Source: Candidatus Culexmicrobium cathedralense
Lineage (GTDB): Archaea; Thermoproteota; Methanomethylicia; Culexarchaeales; Culexmicrobiaceae
DNA length: 64,000 bases
Direction of reading: 5' to 3'
NCBI GenBank assembly: GCA_025061115.1
Contig: JANZKC010000001.1
Span: 288,001-352,000 of the forward strand
Part shown: one piece after another, positions 49,549 through 60,272 of the stretch
Layout of the letters: every line of letters starts with the position of its first letter
How positions within the stretch are numbered: position 1 is the stretch's first letter
Position numbers and translations under genes: made by a program
Notes under the pieces: generated by a model
Told to the model about the DNA's origin: nothing
What the model saw: only the letters and a program-made list of their open reading frames with translations
Databases searched by the model: none

Positions 49549-50280
49549 ATGTCGATGGAAATGCTGACCTTTGCAGATGCCCACTGCCATTGCAATCCTA
49601 TTAAGGGGATTGGAGCGAGAGAGATTGCAGAGAAATTTAGGAGGAATGGAGGTTGGTTTTTAGGCTTAATTTCACTCCCTCCATGGAGCTACGCCATTAG
49701 ACCCGAAGGAATAAAATCTTACGAAAAGAGCTTCAAATTACTTGTAAAGCAAGGGGAAGCTGCTAGAGAAGTTGGATTAGCATGCGCAATACATCTAGGC
49801 TTTCACCCCGCAGAAGTAGATAAGCTGGCTTCAATGGGCATCGACCTCAACGGTATCAAAAAACTCGGATTGAAAGTTCTAAATTTAGCCTGCAAGTTCA
49901 TTAGTGAAGGATTAGCTCAAGGCCTTGGAGAATTTGGAAGACAGCACTATTCAACCAAGCCTGAGAGAAGGAGAGTTGCAGAGGAAATTTTGAAGGAAGC
50001 ACTCATTAAGGCTGACGAGCTGAACGTGCCCATACACCTACACTTAGAGCAAGGAGGTAAAATCACCGTGAAATTCATTTTAAATTTACTGAAAGAACTC
50101 AAAGTTAGAGAAGAGATAATAGTCATACACCACCTGCCAGCTAAGCACTTAAAATTCATTGAAAACACTAAGTTGAAAGCCACAATCGTTGGAAAGCTCG
50201 ACGAATTGAAAGAGGCAGTCAAAAGTAAGCCAGGCACTCAAATCTATAAAAACAGTATCCCCCATAGTCCTAGAATATAA
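49549..50280 (+). pseudogene. TatD-family hydrolase, 3' truncated
   Basis: DAHCH, GFHPAE, GEFGRQHY, IHLH.E, HH present; C-terminal ESD/ETD region replaced by speE-derived DNA from about 50234. Confidence 0.75.
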
Positions 50281-50470
50281 CATTTGGATACCATCATTCG
50301 CCTATGCATGCAATTTTATCCTAGCATCAAAACAAAACTACCCAACAGAAATACCAGCAGAAGAAGTAGATAGAAGGCTGAACAAAAGAGGAGTGAAAAC
50401 CAAGTTCTTCAATGGAAAAACGTACACAGCAATTATTAATATGCCAATCTACGTGAACCTTAAAGCATAG
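50234..50470 (+). pseudogene. 3' fragment of a speE paralog
   Basis: ALKSIKTVSPIVLEYNIWIPSFAYACNFILASK...KTKFFNGKTYTAIINMPIY matches the C-terminus of 9434-10294. Confidence 0.9.
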
Positions 50471-50729
50471 AATATTAACGACCCACTATTTTCAATCAAG
50501 AACAATATAAAGAGCTGATAAAACTTAGCAAATCTCAATTCACAAATACAAAGCTTAATACACGAGGACATTCGCAATGCCATGCAATCAAGCAAGTAAT
50601 TCTACACGTAAAACCCATAAGCCCAAGTTTGATTCACCATTAAAGTTAGAAAGATTTAAAATTCTGACATTAAACCAAAGTTGGAAAAAATATTTAGGTT
50701 GCATCATAAATCAATTTTCTGGTGTAAAT

Positions 50730-50978
50730 ATGAATCTAACCTTCAAAGCTAAAGTTGGGAAAAAGCGAGTACTAGTAATTCCTAAGAAGGCTGCTGAAAT
50801 ACTTAGCATCCGCGAAGGCACCACCGTTAAGATAACTATTGATAATGATAGAATGATTATCGAACCCATACGCGACGCTATTTGGCTTTCACTCTATGGA
50901 GAGAAAATAGCTAATATATCCCTCAAAGAACTGGAGGAAATAAGCATTGAAGAACAAGGAAAGATCATTGAAAAATAA
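50730..50978 (+). CDS. AbrB/MazE-type antitoxin
   Basis: KVGKKRVLVIPKKAAEILSIREG; start chosen at ATG 50730. Confidence 0.88.
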   Translation: MNLTFKAKVGKKRVLVIPKKAAEILSIREGTTVKITIDNDRMIIEPIRDAIWLSLYGEKIANISLKELEEISIEEQGKIIEK

Positions 50979-51429
50979 AAAACTACTAGTCGATACAAGC
51001 TTCCTCCTCCCAGCTTTAGGCATAAAAGTTGAGGAAAATGTTATGAGAACCATCGAATTCTTCCACCAATACGAAATATGCTACATGGAAGTAAGCATCC
51101 TAGAAGCAATGTGGAGCATTCTAAAATTAATTCCTCACAACAAGCTAAACATAATTGAAAGAGGCATTGAAGCCATCAGAGAAAGCTACGAATTAGTAAA
51201 CCCACCTCCAAAAGCTTTCATCAAAGCCTATGAAATCTACCTAAATGGACATCGAGACTACATTGACAACCTAATATACGCCACATCAACCATACAAGGA
51301 TTAAGCCTACTAACAATAGACCAGCAACTCATAAACTTCCTAAAAAGAAAAAACTACCCCACAGAAAACATCATAACACCAGAAGAATTAATAAGTAAAC
51401 ATATAACTCCACATCCATCACGCATTTAA
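50968..51429 (+). CDS. vapC: PIN-domain toxin VapC
   Basis: LVDTSFLLP, SILEA, DYIDNLIYAT, LLTID; start chosen at TTG 50968. Confidence 0.88.
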   Translation: MKNKKLLVDTSFLLPALGIKVEENVMRTIEFFHQYEICYMEVSILEAMWSILKLIPHNKLNIIERGIEAIRESYELVNPPPKAFIKAYEIYLNGHRDYIDNLIYATSTIQGLSLLTIDQQLINFLKRKNYPTENIITPEELISKHITPHPSRI

Positions 51430-51439
51430 AAGTCAATTA

Positions 51440-52513
51440 TTAAATTATTTTCAAAGGAAATAAGAAGTAAGTAGCAGCCTTATAATCCTTATACTTTCTG
51501 CCAAACCTATTAGCCAGCTCCCTCTCCTCAACACGCGCAATCCACAAATAAATAAGCATCAGGTAAAACCACTCATAAATCACCGTTTCGAAACTTAAAG
51601 TCGAGGCGACTACAGATATCCCCAATGAGAAGGAAATTAAGCCTAAGTACTGAGGATGCCTAATCACGCGGTAAGGACCACCACTAATCACATCAACGCC
51701 GCGAATTCTACACAATATGTAATAAGTGGTAGCATATGCAAACAACGACATACCTGCAATAAAGAGGATCAATCCCATCCAACTAGTTAAATTAAAAATA
51801 AACACGAAATACAGCGGATTATACTCTAACAGTTGGCGGGGCATACTAATTGCAGCGAGAAAAGCTCCAACTCCAATCAACAACAATGTACCAACAAATG
51901 ACAGCGGCACATCTCTCCACTTCCTACCAGCAATAAATCCAGCAACACACCCATACAAGAGGAGGTAAGGCATAATGAGACTTAAAAGTGAACCAGGAAG
52001 AACCAAAGCCTGAACAAATAAAGAATAAGCCACATCTAAAGGAGCAGGCAAATAACCACACAACTCATGCATATACCGAATCAAATTATGAGTACTAGTC
52101 AACACCAAATAAATGCCAGCAGGGAAAAACATCCAGTAAAGAAAAGGCTGAAGCAGCAATGCAATACTAGGCGAAGTAAAGGCAAAATAAGACAGGCCCG
52201 ACAAGGCACCCTCAACAATACACCATCCACTCCAAGCAGAAGCCAAAACAACAACAGGAACAAGAAGTAAGAGAACAATCAATATAAAATCCTTCAAAGA
52301 AACATTAACAATTTCAAGCGAACAATAAGGAACAGCAAAAATCCCCAAATAAAGCCAAGACAAAACAACACCAAGCAACACAACCTCAACAAAAACACAC
52401 CTAAACCTAAACAAAACAACCAAACCTCCCAACCAAGGATACCACAAAATAGAGAGTACTATTTTATTTAAAAACTTTATGAACAATTTAACTATAAAAC
52501 ACCAAATCATCAA
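51440..52513 (-). CDS. Membrane protein with C-terminal ICMT/PEMT-family methyltransferase domain
   Basis: GPYRVIRHPQY, EERELANRFG..Y..Y motifs. Confidence 0.8.
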   Translation of the reverse strand: MMIWCFIVKLFIKFLNKIVLSILWYPWLGGLVVLFRFRCVFVEVVLLGVVLSWLYLGIFAVPYCSLEIVNVSLKDFILIVLLLLVPVVVLASAWSGWCIVEGALSGLSYFAFTSPSIALLLQPFLYWMFFPAGIYLVLTSTHNLIRYMHELCGYLPAPLDVAYSLFVQALVLPGSLLSLIMPYLLLYGCVAGFIAGRKWRDVPLSFVGTLLLIGVGAFLAAISMPRQLLEYNPLYFVFIFNLTSWMGLILFIAGMSLFAYATTYYILCRIRGVDVISGGPYRVIRHPQYLGLISFSLGISVVASTLSFETVIYEWFYLMLIYLWIARVEERELANRFGRKYKDYKAATYFLFPLKII

Positions 52514-52605
52514 AATAACGCAAAAGTTCTAACATGAAAACAGTAATCTATTAATAGATTCTGAGGGCATCTGGATATTAGAATTATCGTGAAGGGATAT
52601 CTGCA

Positions 52606-55262
52606 CTTTTAATTTTCTTTTAATGAGATTCTATCTAATGCCCACACAGGTTTTTGTATGAAGATATCCTTTCAATTCTCTTTTAATGAGATTCTAAATA
52701 AATATAGTCAAACTTCTTTGGAAGATCGTACTTCCATCTTTCAATTCTCTTTTAATGAGATTCTAATCTACATCTATGGGGAGGGCATAAAGGGGCAGTA
52801 CCTCCTTTCAATTCTCTTTTAATGAGATTCTACTTGAAAGAAGCAGAGCGACAAATCGAGAAGAAATACTTTCAATTCTCTTTTAATGAGATTCATTTAG
52901 GTGACTGGGAGTTCGTTGCAGTGGAAAACTCATCACTTTCAATTCTCTTTTAATGAGATTCACACCAGTAATCTTCATTTTTTCTCTACCTCCTCTTTAC
53001 TCTTTCAATTCTCTTTTAATGAGATTCGGAGTCTACACTCACTGTCTACCTCTGCAATCTCCTCTAGCTTTCAATTCTCTTTTAATGAGATTCTCCATTG
53101 GATTCACCTCAATAGAAAAAGAGGATGTAGACTTTCAATTCTCTTTTAATGAGATTCCTGAAATAAGGCTCCTAGTTTTAAGGGAAGTCAAGAAGTTCTT
53201 TCAATTCTCTTTTAATGAGATTCTTTACGTTGACAACTTCACGATTAATACTGCGGATACTACTTTCAATTCTCTTTTAATGAGATTCTAAAAGCTGAAC
53301 CCAAACTTAGCAACCCCAACAAAATAACTCTTTCAATTCTCTTTTAATGAGATTCCCTTACCTTTGTCGACGATACTGAAGACACCATATTCGCTTTCAA
53401 TTCTCTTTTAATGAGATTCGGCAAAGGTAAGCATGATGTACAGTAGAAGCATGTTAATCTCTTTCAATTCTCTTTTAATGAGATTCTGAGTTTTACTTTC
53501 CAGTGATTGTTGATGGCGCTTGCTTGCTTTCAATTCTCTTTTAATGAGATTCTTAAATTCGCAAATACTGTAAGTGCAACTGAATTCCTAATCTTTCAAT
53601 TCTCTTTTAATGAGATTCTGATGCTTGAAATGTTTGCGACAAATTTTTCGTATTGATACTTTCAATTCTCTTTTAATGAGATTCGACGAAGCGATATATT
53701 TAGAGTCCTGGTACTGCCAAGTGATCTTTCAATTCTCTTTTAATGAGATTCGAAAGGGGGGATATGATGAGTATGAAATTGTTGATGAACCTTTCAATTC
53801 TCTTTTAATGAGATTCGGAACTTCCAGTCTACATCAGTAGCAGTACTGAAGTCTACATCTTTCAATTCTCTTTTAATGAGATTCCAGCCTTAGAATTGAG
53901 TGCTAGCAGTAAAAAAAGAGTTTCTTTCAATTCTCTTTTAATGAGATTCTAGAACAACACCGCCAAAGAATATAATGAATGTAACAAGCTTTCAATTCTC
54001 TTTTAATGAGATTCATATCTTTTTCGGGGGGATTTTGTATGGAGAGTATTATGCTTTCAATTCTCTTTTAATGAGATTCACTCAGACTCATACACAACAC
54101 CTGAGAGAAAGAGAGTAACTTTCAATTCTCTTTTAATGAGATTCCTATTGAAGCTAGCTATTGTCAGCCTTATGCATTTCTCTCTTTCAATTCTCTTTTA
54201 ATGAGATTCTACAGTAAAACTTATAAATAATCTTTTAACTAAAGACTCTCTTTCAATTCTCTTTTAATGAGATTCGACATAGTTGAGGGTAAGGTGGATG
54301 GAGACAGGATAGTTCCTTTCAATTCTCTTTTAATGAGATTCTTATATTTGGGTTTACGTATAAGGGTTGATGGTGTGGGTCACTTTCAATTCTCTTTTAA
54401 TGAGATTCAGCTTTATAAACTCTAAAATAACATAAGCTCAAGTGGTGAGCTTTCAATTCTCTTTTAATGAGATTCTTAATCTTACAGCAACATATGAATT
54501 ATATGCTTATTATAACTTTCAATTCTCTTTTAATGAGATTCTTATTTATGTTAAGCTTGGTTACGAGAGTAAGGAAAAGCTTTCAATTCTCTTTTAATGA
54601 GATTCATGAATAAGGCTGAGATTGAGGGGTTAGTTCTGAAAATTACTTTCAATTCTCTTTTAATGAGATTCCTACATCATACCATAAATCACGAATAATA
54701 TATGCTGGCGGCTTTCAATTCTCTTTTAATGAGATTCTAACTGTCGGGCGGAGGCTCAACAGCATCCTCAGACTTTCAATTCTCTTTTAATGAGATTCGA
54801 AAAACTAAGGCTTCAACTGAAGTTCTAGAGCAAAAAGGAGCTTTCAATTCTCTTTTAATGAGATTCGGCTTCCTGGTTTTCCGCTCTTTAAGCAACTCGT
54901 CTATACTCTTTCAATTCTCTTTTAATGAGATTCTTTTGAGATAAAGCGTCTTTATCGAATTTGCCGGTATTGTCTTTCAATTCTCTTTTAATGAGATTCT
55001 CACGAGTTAGAGATGCATTTTATAAAGCAAAAGAAGAGCTTTCAATTCTCTTTTAATGAGATTCATATGTTATCGTTATAGCTGATCCCACGCTACCAGT
55101 AGCTTTCAATTCTCTTTTAATGAGATTCTGGCGAATGCGGATGACGACTTAATCATGTCTGCATACTACCTTTCAATTCTCTTTTAATGAGATTCTGAGT
55201 TACTCGATTCACTAGGATTCAGAGTGAATGATGCACCTTTCAATTCTCTTTTAATGAGATTC
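52606..55262 (-). CRISPR. CRISPR array 2: 41 repeats (first is a variant), 40 spacers; a further eroded repeat may end at 52561
   Basis: Same 26-bp repeat as array 1, counted by hand; degenerate trailer on the left, leader on the right. Confidence 0.98.
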
Positions 55263-55403
55263 TGAAAGTTTATATATTGGATTTTTAAGGGATGTCTTCA
55301 ATTGAATATATTTCTACTTTCTGCTATATAATTTATCATCATCTATCATCGCAGAGGTTGGATGGGCTGATGGAATTAATGATTATTTTTCTGTAATGGT
55401 GCC
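55263..55403 (-). promoter_or_regulatory. CRISPR leader 3
   Basis: Aligns with leaders 1 and 2; divergent from csa1. Confidence 0.85.
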
Positions 55404-55469
55404 TTTCGGCTTCATTTTTTATTTTAATTTTTTAAGTTGATTGTCGAATATTTTGTTTGGTGATGTGGG

Positions 55470-56378
55470 TTGTTTTATACTGTTGATGACGTTAGGAGGT
55501 TTTCTAGGTTTTTTAGAGGTAGGCCTTGTGAGGTTAGTGAGGAGTTAAGGGGGTGGATGTGGGGTGAGCCTCCTTTATTGTATCCTTATGATTTCTTGTT
55601 GAGTGTTAGTGATGTGGCGGGTGGTTTTTGTGAGAGTGGTAGGATTGTTTATGTTAGGTATGTTTTGAGGCGGCGTGAGTTTCCTAGTTTTAGGTTGTTG
55701 AGGGGTAGTTTTATTCATGCTGTTTATGGTGAAGCTATTAGGGCTGTTAAGTCTTTGATTTATGGTGGCGTCAGTGCTGGCGAGTTTAGGGACGAGTTTG
55801 TTGAGGTTGGTGAGAAGGTTTATGGTAGGTTGATGAGTAAGTTTTCGCATGTTTGGGATAGTCGTAGGATTTTTGATTTGCTTTGGAGGTATGCTGCTGA
55901 TGTTTATTCTTCTTGTTTGTTGAGAGCTAGAAGTATTTCTCCTTATTTGACTGCTGATAGTTTGGCGTCTATGGTTGTTCCTTTGATTACTGAGTATCCT
56001 GTTGATGGTTCTTTGATTGGTTTGAGCAGGGCTATTAGGATTGATGCTTTGCTTCATCCTTCTATAATCGTTGAGGTTAAGACTCGGGAGATTCATCCTG
56101 ACTATGAGATTGGCTTGGCAGGATATGCTCTTGCCTTTGAAAGTCTGTATGAAATTCCTGTAAATTATGCTGTTTTAGTTAAGGTTGACTTGAATGAAAA
56201 GCGTGGTACTGTTAGGTTTTATGAGCGGATCATTCAGATTTCTGATGAACTTAGAACTAGATTTATTGAGAAGCGGGATATGCTTGCTAGAATTGTTAGT
56301 GAGGGTATTGATCCTGGCAGGCCTAGTAGGTGTCATAGGGATTGTCCATACTTTAAAGTTTGCAGCGAGCTCGAATAG
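55470..56378 (+). CDS. csa1: Csa1 (Cas4-like, type I-A)
   Basis: VSEELRGW.W..PP, SVSDVAGGFCESGR, VEVKT, LAGYALAFE, terminal C..DCPY..VC. Confidence 0.92.
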   Translation: MFYTVDDVRRFSRFFRGRPCEVSEELRGWMWGEPPLLYPYDFLLSVSDVAGGFCESGRIVYVRYVLRRREFPSFRLLRGSFIHAVYGEAIRAVKSLIYGGVSAGEFRDEFVEVGEKVYGRLMSKFSHVWDSRRIFDLLWRYAADVYSSCLLRARSISPYLTADSLASMVVPLITEYPVDGSLIGLSRAIRIDALLHPSIIVEVKTREIHPDYEIGLAGYALAFESLYEIPVNYAVLVKVDLNEKRGTVRFYERIIQISDELRTRFIEKRDMLARIVSEGIDPGRPSRCHRDCPYFKVCSELE

Positions 56379-56393
56379 TCTGTGCTTGGAATG

Positions 56394-56837
56394 TTATATT
56401 GATTTCAGATTTATTATTTTAACTCCTACATTTTTTGCTATTTTTAGTAGTGTTTGATCGCTTGTTATTAGTGGCATGTCTTTATTTATTGCTGTTGCAA
56501 GATGAATGGAATCGAAGAACGTCAGCTCGCGGTGTTTTGCTCTGAGGATTGTTGCTAATTGCAGTATTTGAATTGTTAGTGTAGAATATTCTTTGACTCC
56601 ATATTCAAGTAGTTTCATATTCATTGCGTTTAGCACTTGGCTTATGACTTCAAGTTTAAATCCTCTCGACAACAGGGTTGTGACAACTTCTACTGGTGAA
56701 ATTCCTGATATTATTAATTTAAGTTTCTTTGCTTTATGCTCTTTAAGCCGTTTGATTACATGCGGATAGTGATTGTTTGATGAGCTTAATCCGAATAGGA
56801 AGTCTGTTTCTATGAGAGCTTTTCGTGAAGTAGCCAT
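56394..56837 (-). CDS. vapC: PIN-domain toxin VapC
   Basis: LIETDFLF, LTFFDSIHLATA, LITSD. Confidence 0.88.
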   Translation of the reverse strand: MATSRKALIETDFLFGLSSSNNHYPHVIKRLKEHKAKKLKLIISGISPVEVVTTLLSRGFKLEVISQVLNAMNMKLLEYGVKEYSTLTIQILQLATILRAKHRELTFFDSIHLATAINKDMPLITSDQTLLKIAKNVGVKIINLKSI

Positions 56838-57046
56838 TGTTCAGCTCTCCTCCTATCTTCTCTGCTAAATTTGAAGTCCCCCAGTATCTCGGCTAGTATT
56901 TCTGATGGGTCTTTGAATTTAGGTTTAAACACTATTTCATTTTCTCTAATTTCGACTTGGAGTTTGGCTCCGGGTTTTAAGCCGAATTTTTCGCGGATTT
57001 CCTTAGGGATGACTACTCTTCCTTTATTGTCAATTATTACCATCAT
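56810..57046 (-). CDS. AbrB/MazE-type antitoxin
   Basis: IDNKGRVVIPKEIREKFGLKPG. Confidence 0.9.
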   Translation of the reverse strand: MMVIIDNKGRVVIPKEIREKFGLKPGAKLQVEIRENEIVFKPKFKDPSEILAEILGDFKFSREDRRRAEQWLLHEKLS

Positions 57047-57160
57047 TTTTCCCACTAAAAATTTAAGTGGATTCCCACTAAATAAATTTATCCCACATTC
57101 AGCCTTCACTTATTTTAATATTATATTTATACAAATTCTAAAATTATTTAGGGGAATGAT

Positions 57161-58159
57161 TTGACCGGTAAGATTGCTTTGATTGATAGGTATGGAGCTT
57201 TTCTTGGTGTTAAGGAGGGAAGGTTTCAGCTTAAAGTTCGTGGGAAGACTGTTTGGGAGCTAGCTCCTGTTGAGCTTGATTCCATAGTTTTTCTCATTGA
57301 TGGAGCCACTGTTTCAGCTGCTGCTATCGATTTGGCCGTCAAGTTTGGCATTGACATTGTGTTTATGATTAAGCATAAACCTACTGCGAGAGTAGTTCAG
57401 GCCCCATATGGCTCAACATTAAAGAATTGGCTTTTCCAGCTTAAAACCTATAGCAATAAGATTAGAAGCGCTGAGCTTGCTAAGCTTTTTGTTGAAGGTA
57501 AAATTCATAATCAGCGCATGGTTCTAATGGAGTTTTATAGGATGTTCAGGGCTTCTGGGAAGCGTGTTTGGAGGAATATTCTTAGAGCGATAGATGACAT
57601 TGAGAAAATTCAGCTTAAGCTAGGCGAAGTTAATAGTATTGATGGTGCTAGGCAAATTGAAGCTGAAGTTGCTAGAATCTACTGGAGCGCAATTGCTAAG
57701 ATTGTTCCTGAGGAGCTTGGATTTGAGCGGAGAATTACTAGGGCTCGGAGAATTCCGGGCGAGGAAGTTGACCCATTCAATATTGCCTTAAATATTGGAT
57801 ATTCAGCTTTATTGAAGGAGGTTTGGAGAGCCATATTTATTGCAGGATTAAATCCATATATCGGATTCCTCCACAAGCCTAGAGCTGGAAAAATGGCTTT
57901 AGCCTTCGACTTAATGGAGGAATTTAGGGCAATCTGCGTTGATAGACCGCTGATCAAGTTGGCAAGGAGGAAAACCGAAATTTTCATGAAGTTGAGAGAA
58001 GATGACAAAGAGGCTGTAAGGGAAATTTGGAGAGTTGTTATGAGTAGAATTCATGAAGGTAAAAAGCCGCTTTCAGGAATTATTCTTGAGCAAGCAAGGA
58101 AACTTACCAGACATTTTAGAGGTACTGACAAGTATAAACCTTACAAGTCCAAGTGGTAA
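57161..58159 (+). CDS. cas1: Cas1 integrase
   Basis: GKIHNQ, EAEVARIYW, DPFNIALNIGY, GLNPYIGFLH, DLMEEFR. Confidence 0.96.
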   Translation: MTGKIALIDRYGAFLGVKEGRFQLKVRGKTVWELAPVELDSIVFLIDGATVSAAAIDLAVKFGIDIVFMIKHKPTARVVQAPYGSTLKNWLFQLKTYSNKIRSAELAKLFVEGKIHNQRMVLMEFYRMFRASGKRVWRNILRAIDDIEKIQLKLGEVNSIDGARQIEAEVARIYWSAIAKIVPEELGFERRITRARRIPGEEVDPFNIALNIGYSALLKEVWRAIFIAGLNPYIGFLHKPRAGKMALAFDLMEEFRAICVDRPLIKLARRKTEIFMKLREDDKEAVREIWRVVMSRIHEGKKPLSGIILEQARKLTRHFRGTDKYKPYKSKW

Positions 58160-58251
58160 CATTAATTCCCATAAACAACCAATAATTTGAATCGTTTAGA
58201 ATTAATAATTAATTAAGGTTATTAAGAATTAAATAAGTATGGTGCATTGCC

Positions 58252-58533
58252 ATGCAAATGATAACTCTTGTCATTTATGACATTCCGGATGATAGATTAA
58301 GGTATAAGGTTGCGAGCTTCTTGAAGTCTATGGGTTTAAAGAGAGTCCAAAAAAGTGCATTTGCCGGTCCACTGACTATTAGTCAGAGAATGAACCTAAT
58401 TGCAGGTTTAAGGAGGCTTATTAAAGGACAAGAGGCAAATATACAGATTTACCCATTAACTCAAGCCAGCTTCAATCAAAGAGTAGTTCTTGGAGTTGAA
58501 TTAAAATATGAAGAGGAAGACATTATAATTTAA
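58252..58533 (+). CDS. cas2: Cas2
   Basis: VIYDIPDD..R, GLKRVQKSAF. Confidence 0.95.
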   Translation: MQMITLVIYDIPDDRLRYKVASFLKSMGLKRVQKSAFAGPLTISQRMNLIAGLRRLIKGQEANIQIYPLTQASFNQRVVLGVELKYEEEDIII

Positions 58534-58651
58534 AGTTTAAGTAAATTAAATAATAGTAATAAATCTAATTTTATAATTAATTAAAATCAGCCCATTCAAA
58601 CTACAATAAATGGTGAAGAGTTTATTGAATGATTGCATCTTTATCACTGAT

Positions 58652-59152
58652 TTAATTGAATTGGGCTTTAATTTTGAAGTATTTTTTGACTTCTTCATTT
58701 TTTAATAATATTTTGATTATTAAATATATTATTATGTTTGCGGTTATGATTGATATCATGATCGAGAGTGGGATGCGTGATTGCAGACCATATACTTCAG
58801 CATAACGTCGTCCATAAAAAGCTGGAAGTAATGTTGGTATGAAGGCGCTCCACATGAGGGGAATTGCAAGATACAGATCATTAACAAGATGAAAGACAGC
58901 ATTAACAATACATAATATAGTTATTATTGAAGCTAAGACCGTCAGGATGTAGGCCGCCCAAAGACTCCTCAAACTTCCATTTGCAATTTGAAAGCCCAGA
59001 AAGAGGACAGGTAAACCGAGGGGTAAGAACAAAATTGCGAAAGGACCAGTGAAAATAACGTTAATGAAAAAGTTGATCAAGACCCAAACCATAAGAAATA
59101 AGACGCGATCGGGGATTGCGTAACTTTTAGACATGTTAAATTTACTCCTCAA
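58652..59152 (-). CDS. Hypothetical membrane protein
   Basis: Hydrophobic ORF ending EEVKKYF; GAGGAG near the start. Confidence 0.6.
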   Translation of the reverse strand: MRSKFNMSKSYAIPDRVLFLMVWVLINFFINVIFTGPFAILFLPLGLPVLFLGFQIANGSLRSLWAAYILTVLASIITILCIVNAVFHLVNDLYLAIPLMWSAFIPTLLPAFYGRRYAEVYGLQSRIPLSIMISIITANIIIYLIIKILLKNEEVKKYFKIKAQFN

Positions 59153-59486
59153 ATAACATTAAAATTAAAATTTGATTTATATTTTTTCTTTCACTTAATA
59201 TTATACAACATACACCCGCACTTTGGCTGGATACGTTTTAGAGTTCAAGGATTATGGGCATTGTTCTCTGTCAATTTCTTTACGTTCTTGACATGAATCC
59301 TTATCTCAAGTGCATATTTCCCGTTACCTCAGATCATTCCATTAAATCCTGGAATTATCATTTATAGTCATCAAGTCCGCCAAGGCACATTTCAATAAGC
59401 CACATACATCCTCTAATATAAACATATGACATGAGATAATTGATGATATACTTGCTATAATGTTAAGCTGGAAAGCATAGCTTTTA

Positions 59487-59870
59487 TTAATTGACAACTC
59501 GCAGTTTGAGGCGTCTCCCATCATATGTGTAAACTGCAATATCCATTTCAGACTCGTATGGATATCTAATTATCATTAGGAAGAGCTTGTACTTTGAAAG
59601 CAAATCTCTTGTAGAGGGCTTTAAGCTGCCTGAAGGATGGCTGTGAGCAACTCCAATAATTGAAAAGTCGATTGGCAATCTAAATGGGTTGAAAGCTATA
59701 CAACTATTGGAAGTGTAGGATATTGGGGGCATGAGCACTTCATAAATTAAAGCAATTCCAGACTTAATTGAACCCCTCAACAATAGAATCGTTTCCCTCG
59801 GATGAGCTGCCCTAGCAATAGCTAAAAGAGTTTTTAGACAATCTCTCCTAACCCTAACCTCGCTAAGCAA
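59487..59870 (-). CDS. JAMM/MPN+ metalloprotease
   Basis: HPRE, HSHPSG...PS..D motif. Confidence 0.88.
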   Translation of the reverse strand: MLSEVRVRRDCLKTLLAIARAAHPRETILLLRGSIKSGIALIYEVLMPPISYTSNSCIAFNPFRLPIDFSIIGVAHSHPSGSLKPSTRDLLSKYKLFLMIIRYPYESEMDIAVYTYDGRRLKLRVVN

Positions 59871-60118
59871 GTCAAATCACTCTAAAAAACTATTCTAAGC
59901 AGTATAACTAGTTTATTATAAGCTTGTGCAGGCGTGTTAAAAGATAAATCAGTATGAAACTCTATTTGAGATGCGGAAGCCCCCAAATTTACATAGTTAT
60001 GGAAAAAATTAGGCTTAAATGCATTGAATTTAAATCAATATATGTAAAAATAGGTTTGAACATAAATAGGCTCCAAAAATCACCTAGACTTGAAGACGGC
60101 GGGGTTAGAGGATTGTTC

Positions 60119-60238
60119 ATGAAATTGAGCTTCTACTATGAAATGCTTTCAAACATATTTCTAGGCTTAATAATAGGGCTGGTATTAGCTATCGCTGCAT
60201 TTCTAGTATCAAAGTTGAAGAGCGAAGTTGAAATCTAA
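60119..60238 (+). CDS. Small single-TM protein (39 aa)
   Basis: ATG after GGGGTTAGAGG; MKLSFYYEMLSNIFLGLIIGLVLAIAAFLVSKLKSEVEI. Confidence 0.45.
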   Translation: MKLSFYYEMLSNIFLGLIIGLVLAIAAFLVSKLKSEVEI

Positions 60239-60272
60239 ACTGTAAACCCAGCCAAGAAATGGATATAATTAT

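Noticed and set aside
50587-50602. 16-nt match to the speE 5' region (AATCAAGCAAGTAATT)
   Set aside because: Flanks do not align and the order does not fit the duplication; compatible with chance
52606-55262. Self-targeting spacers, or spacers shared between arrays
   Set aside because: None seen by eye; an exhaustive BLASTN would be needed to exclude them
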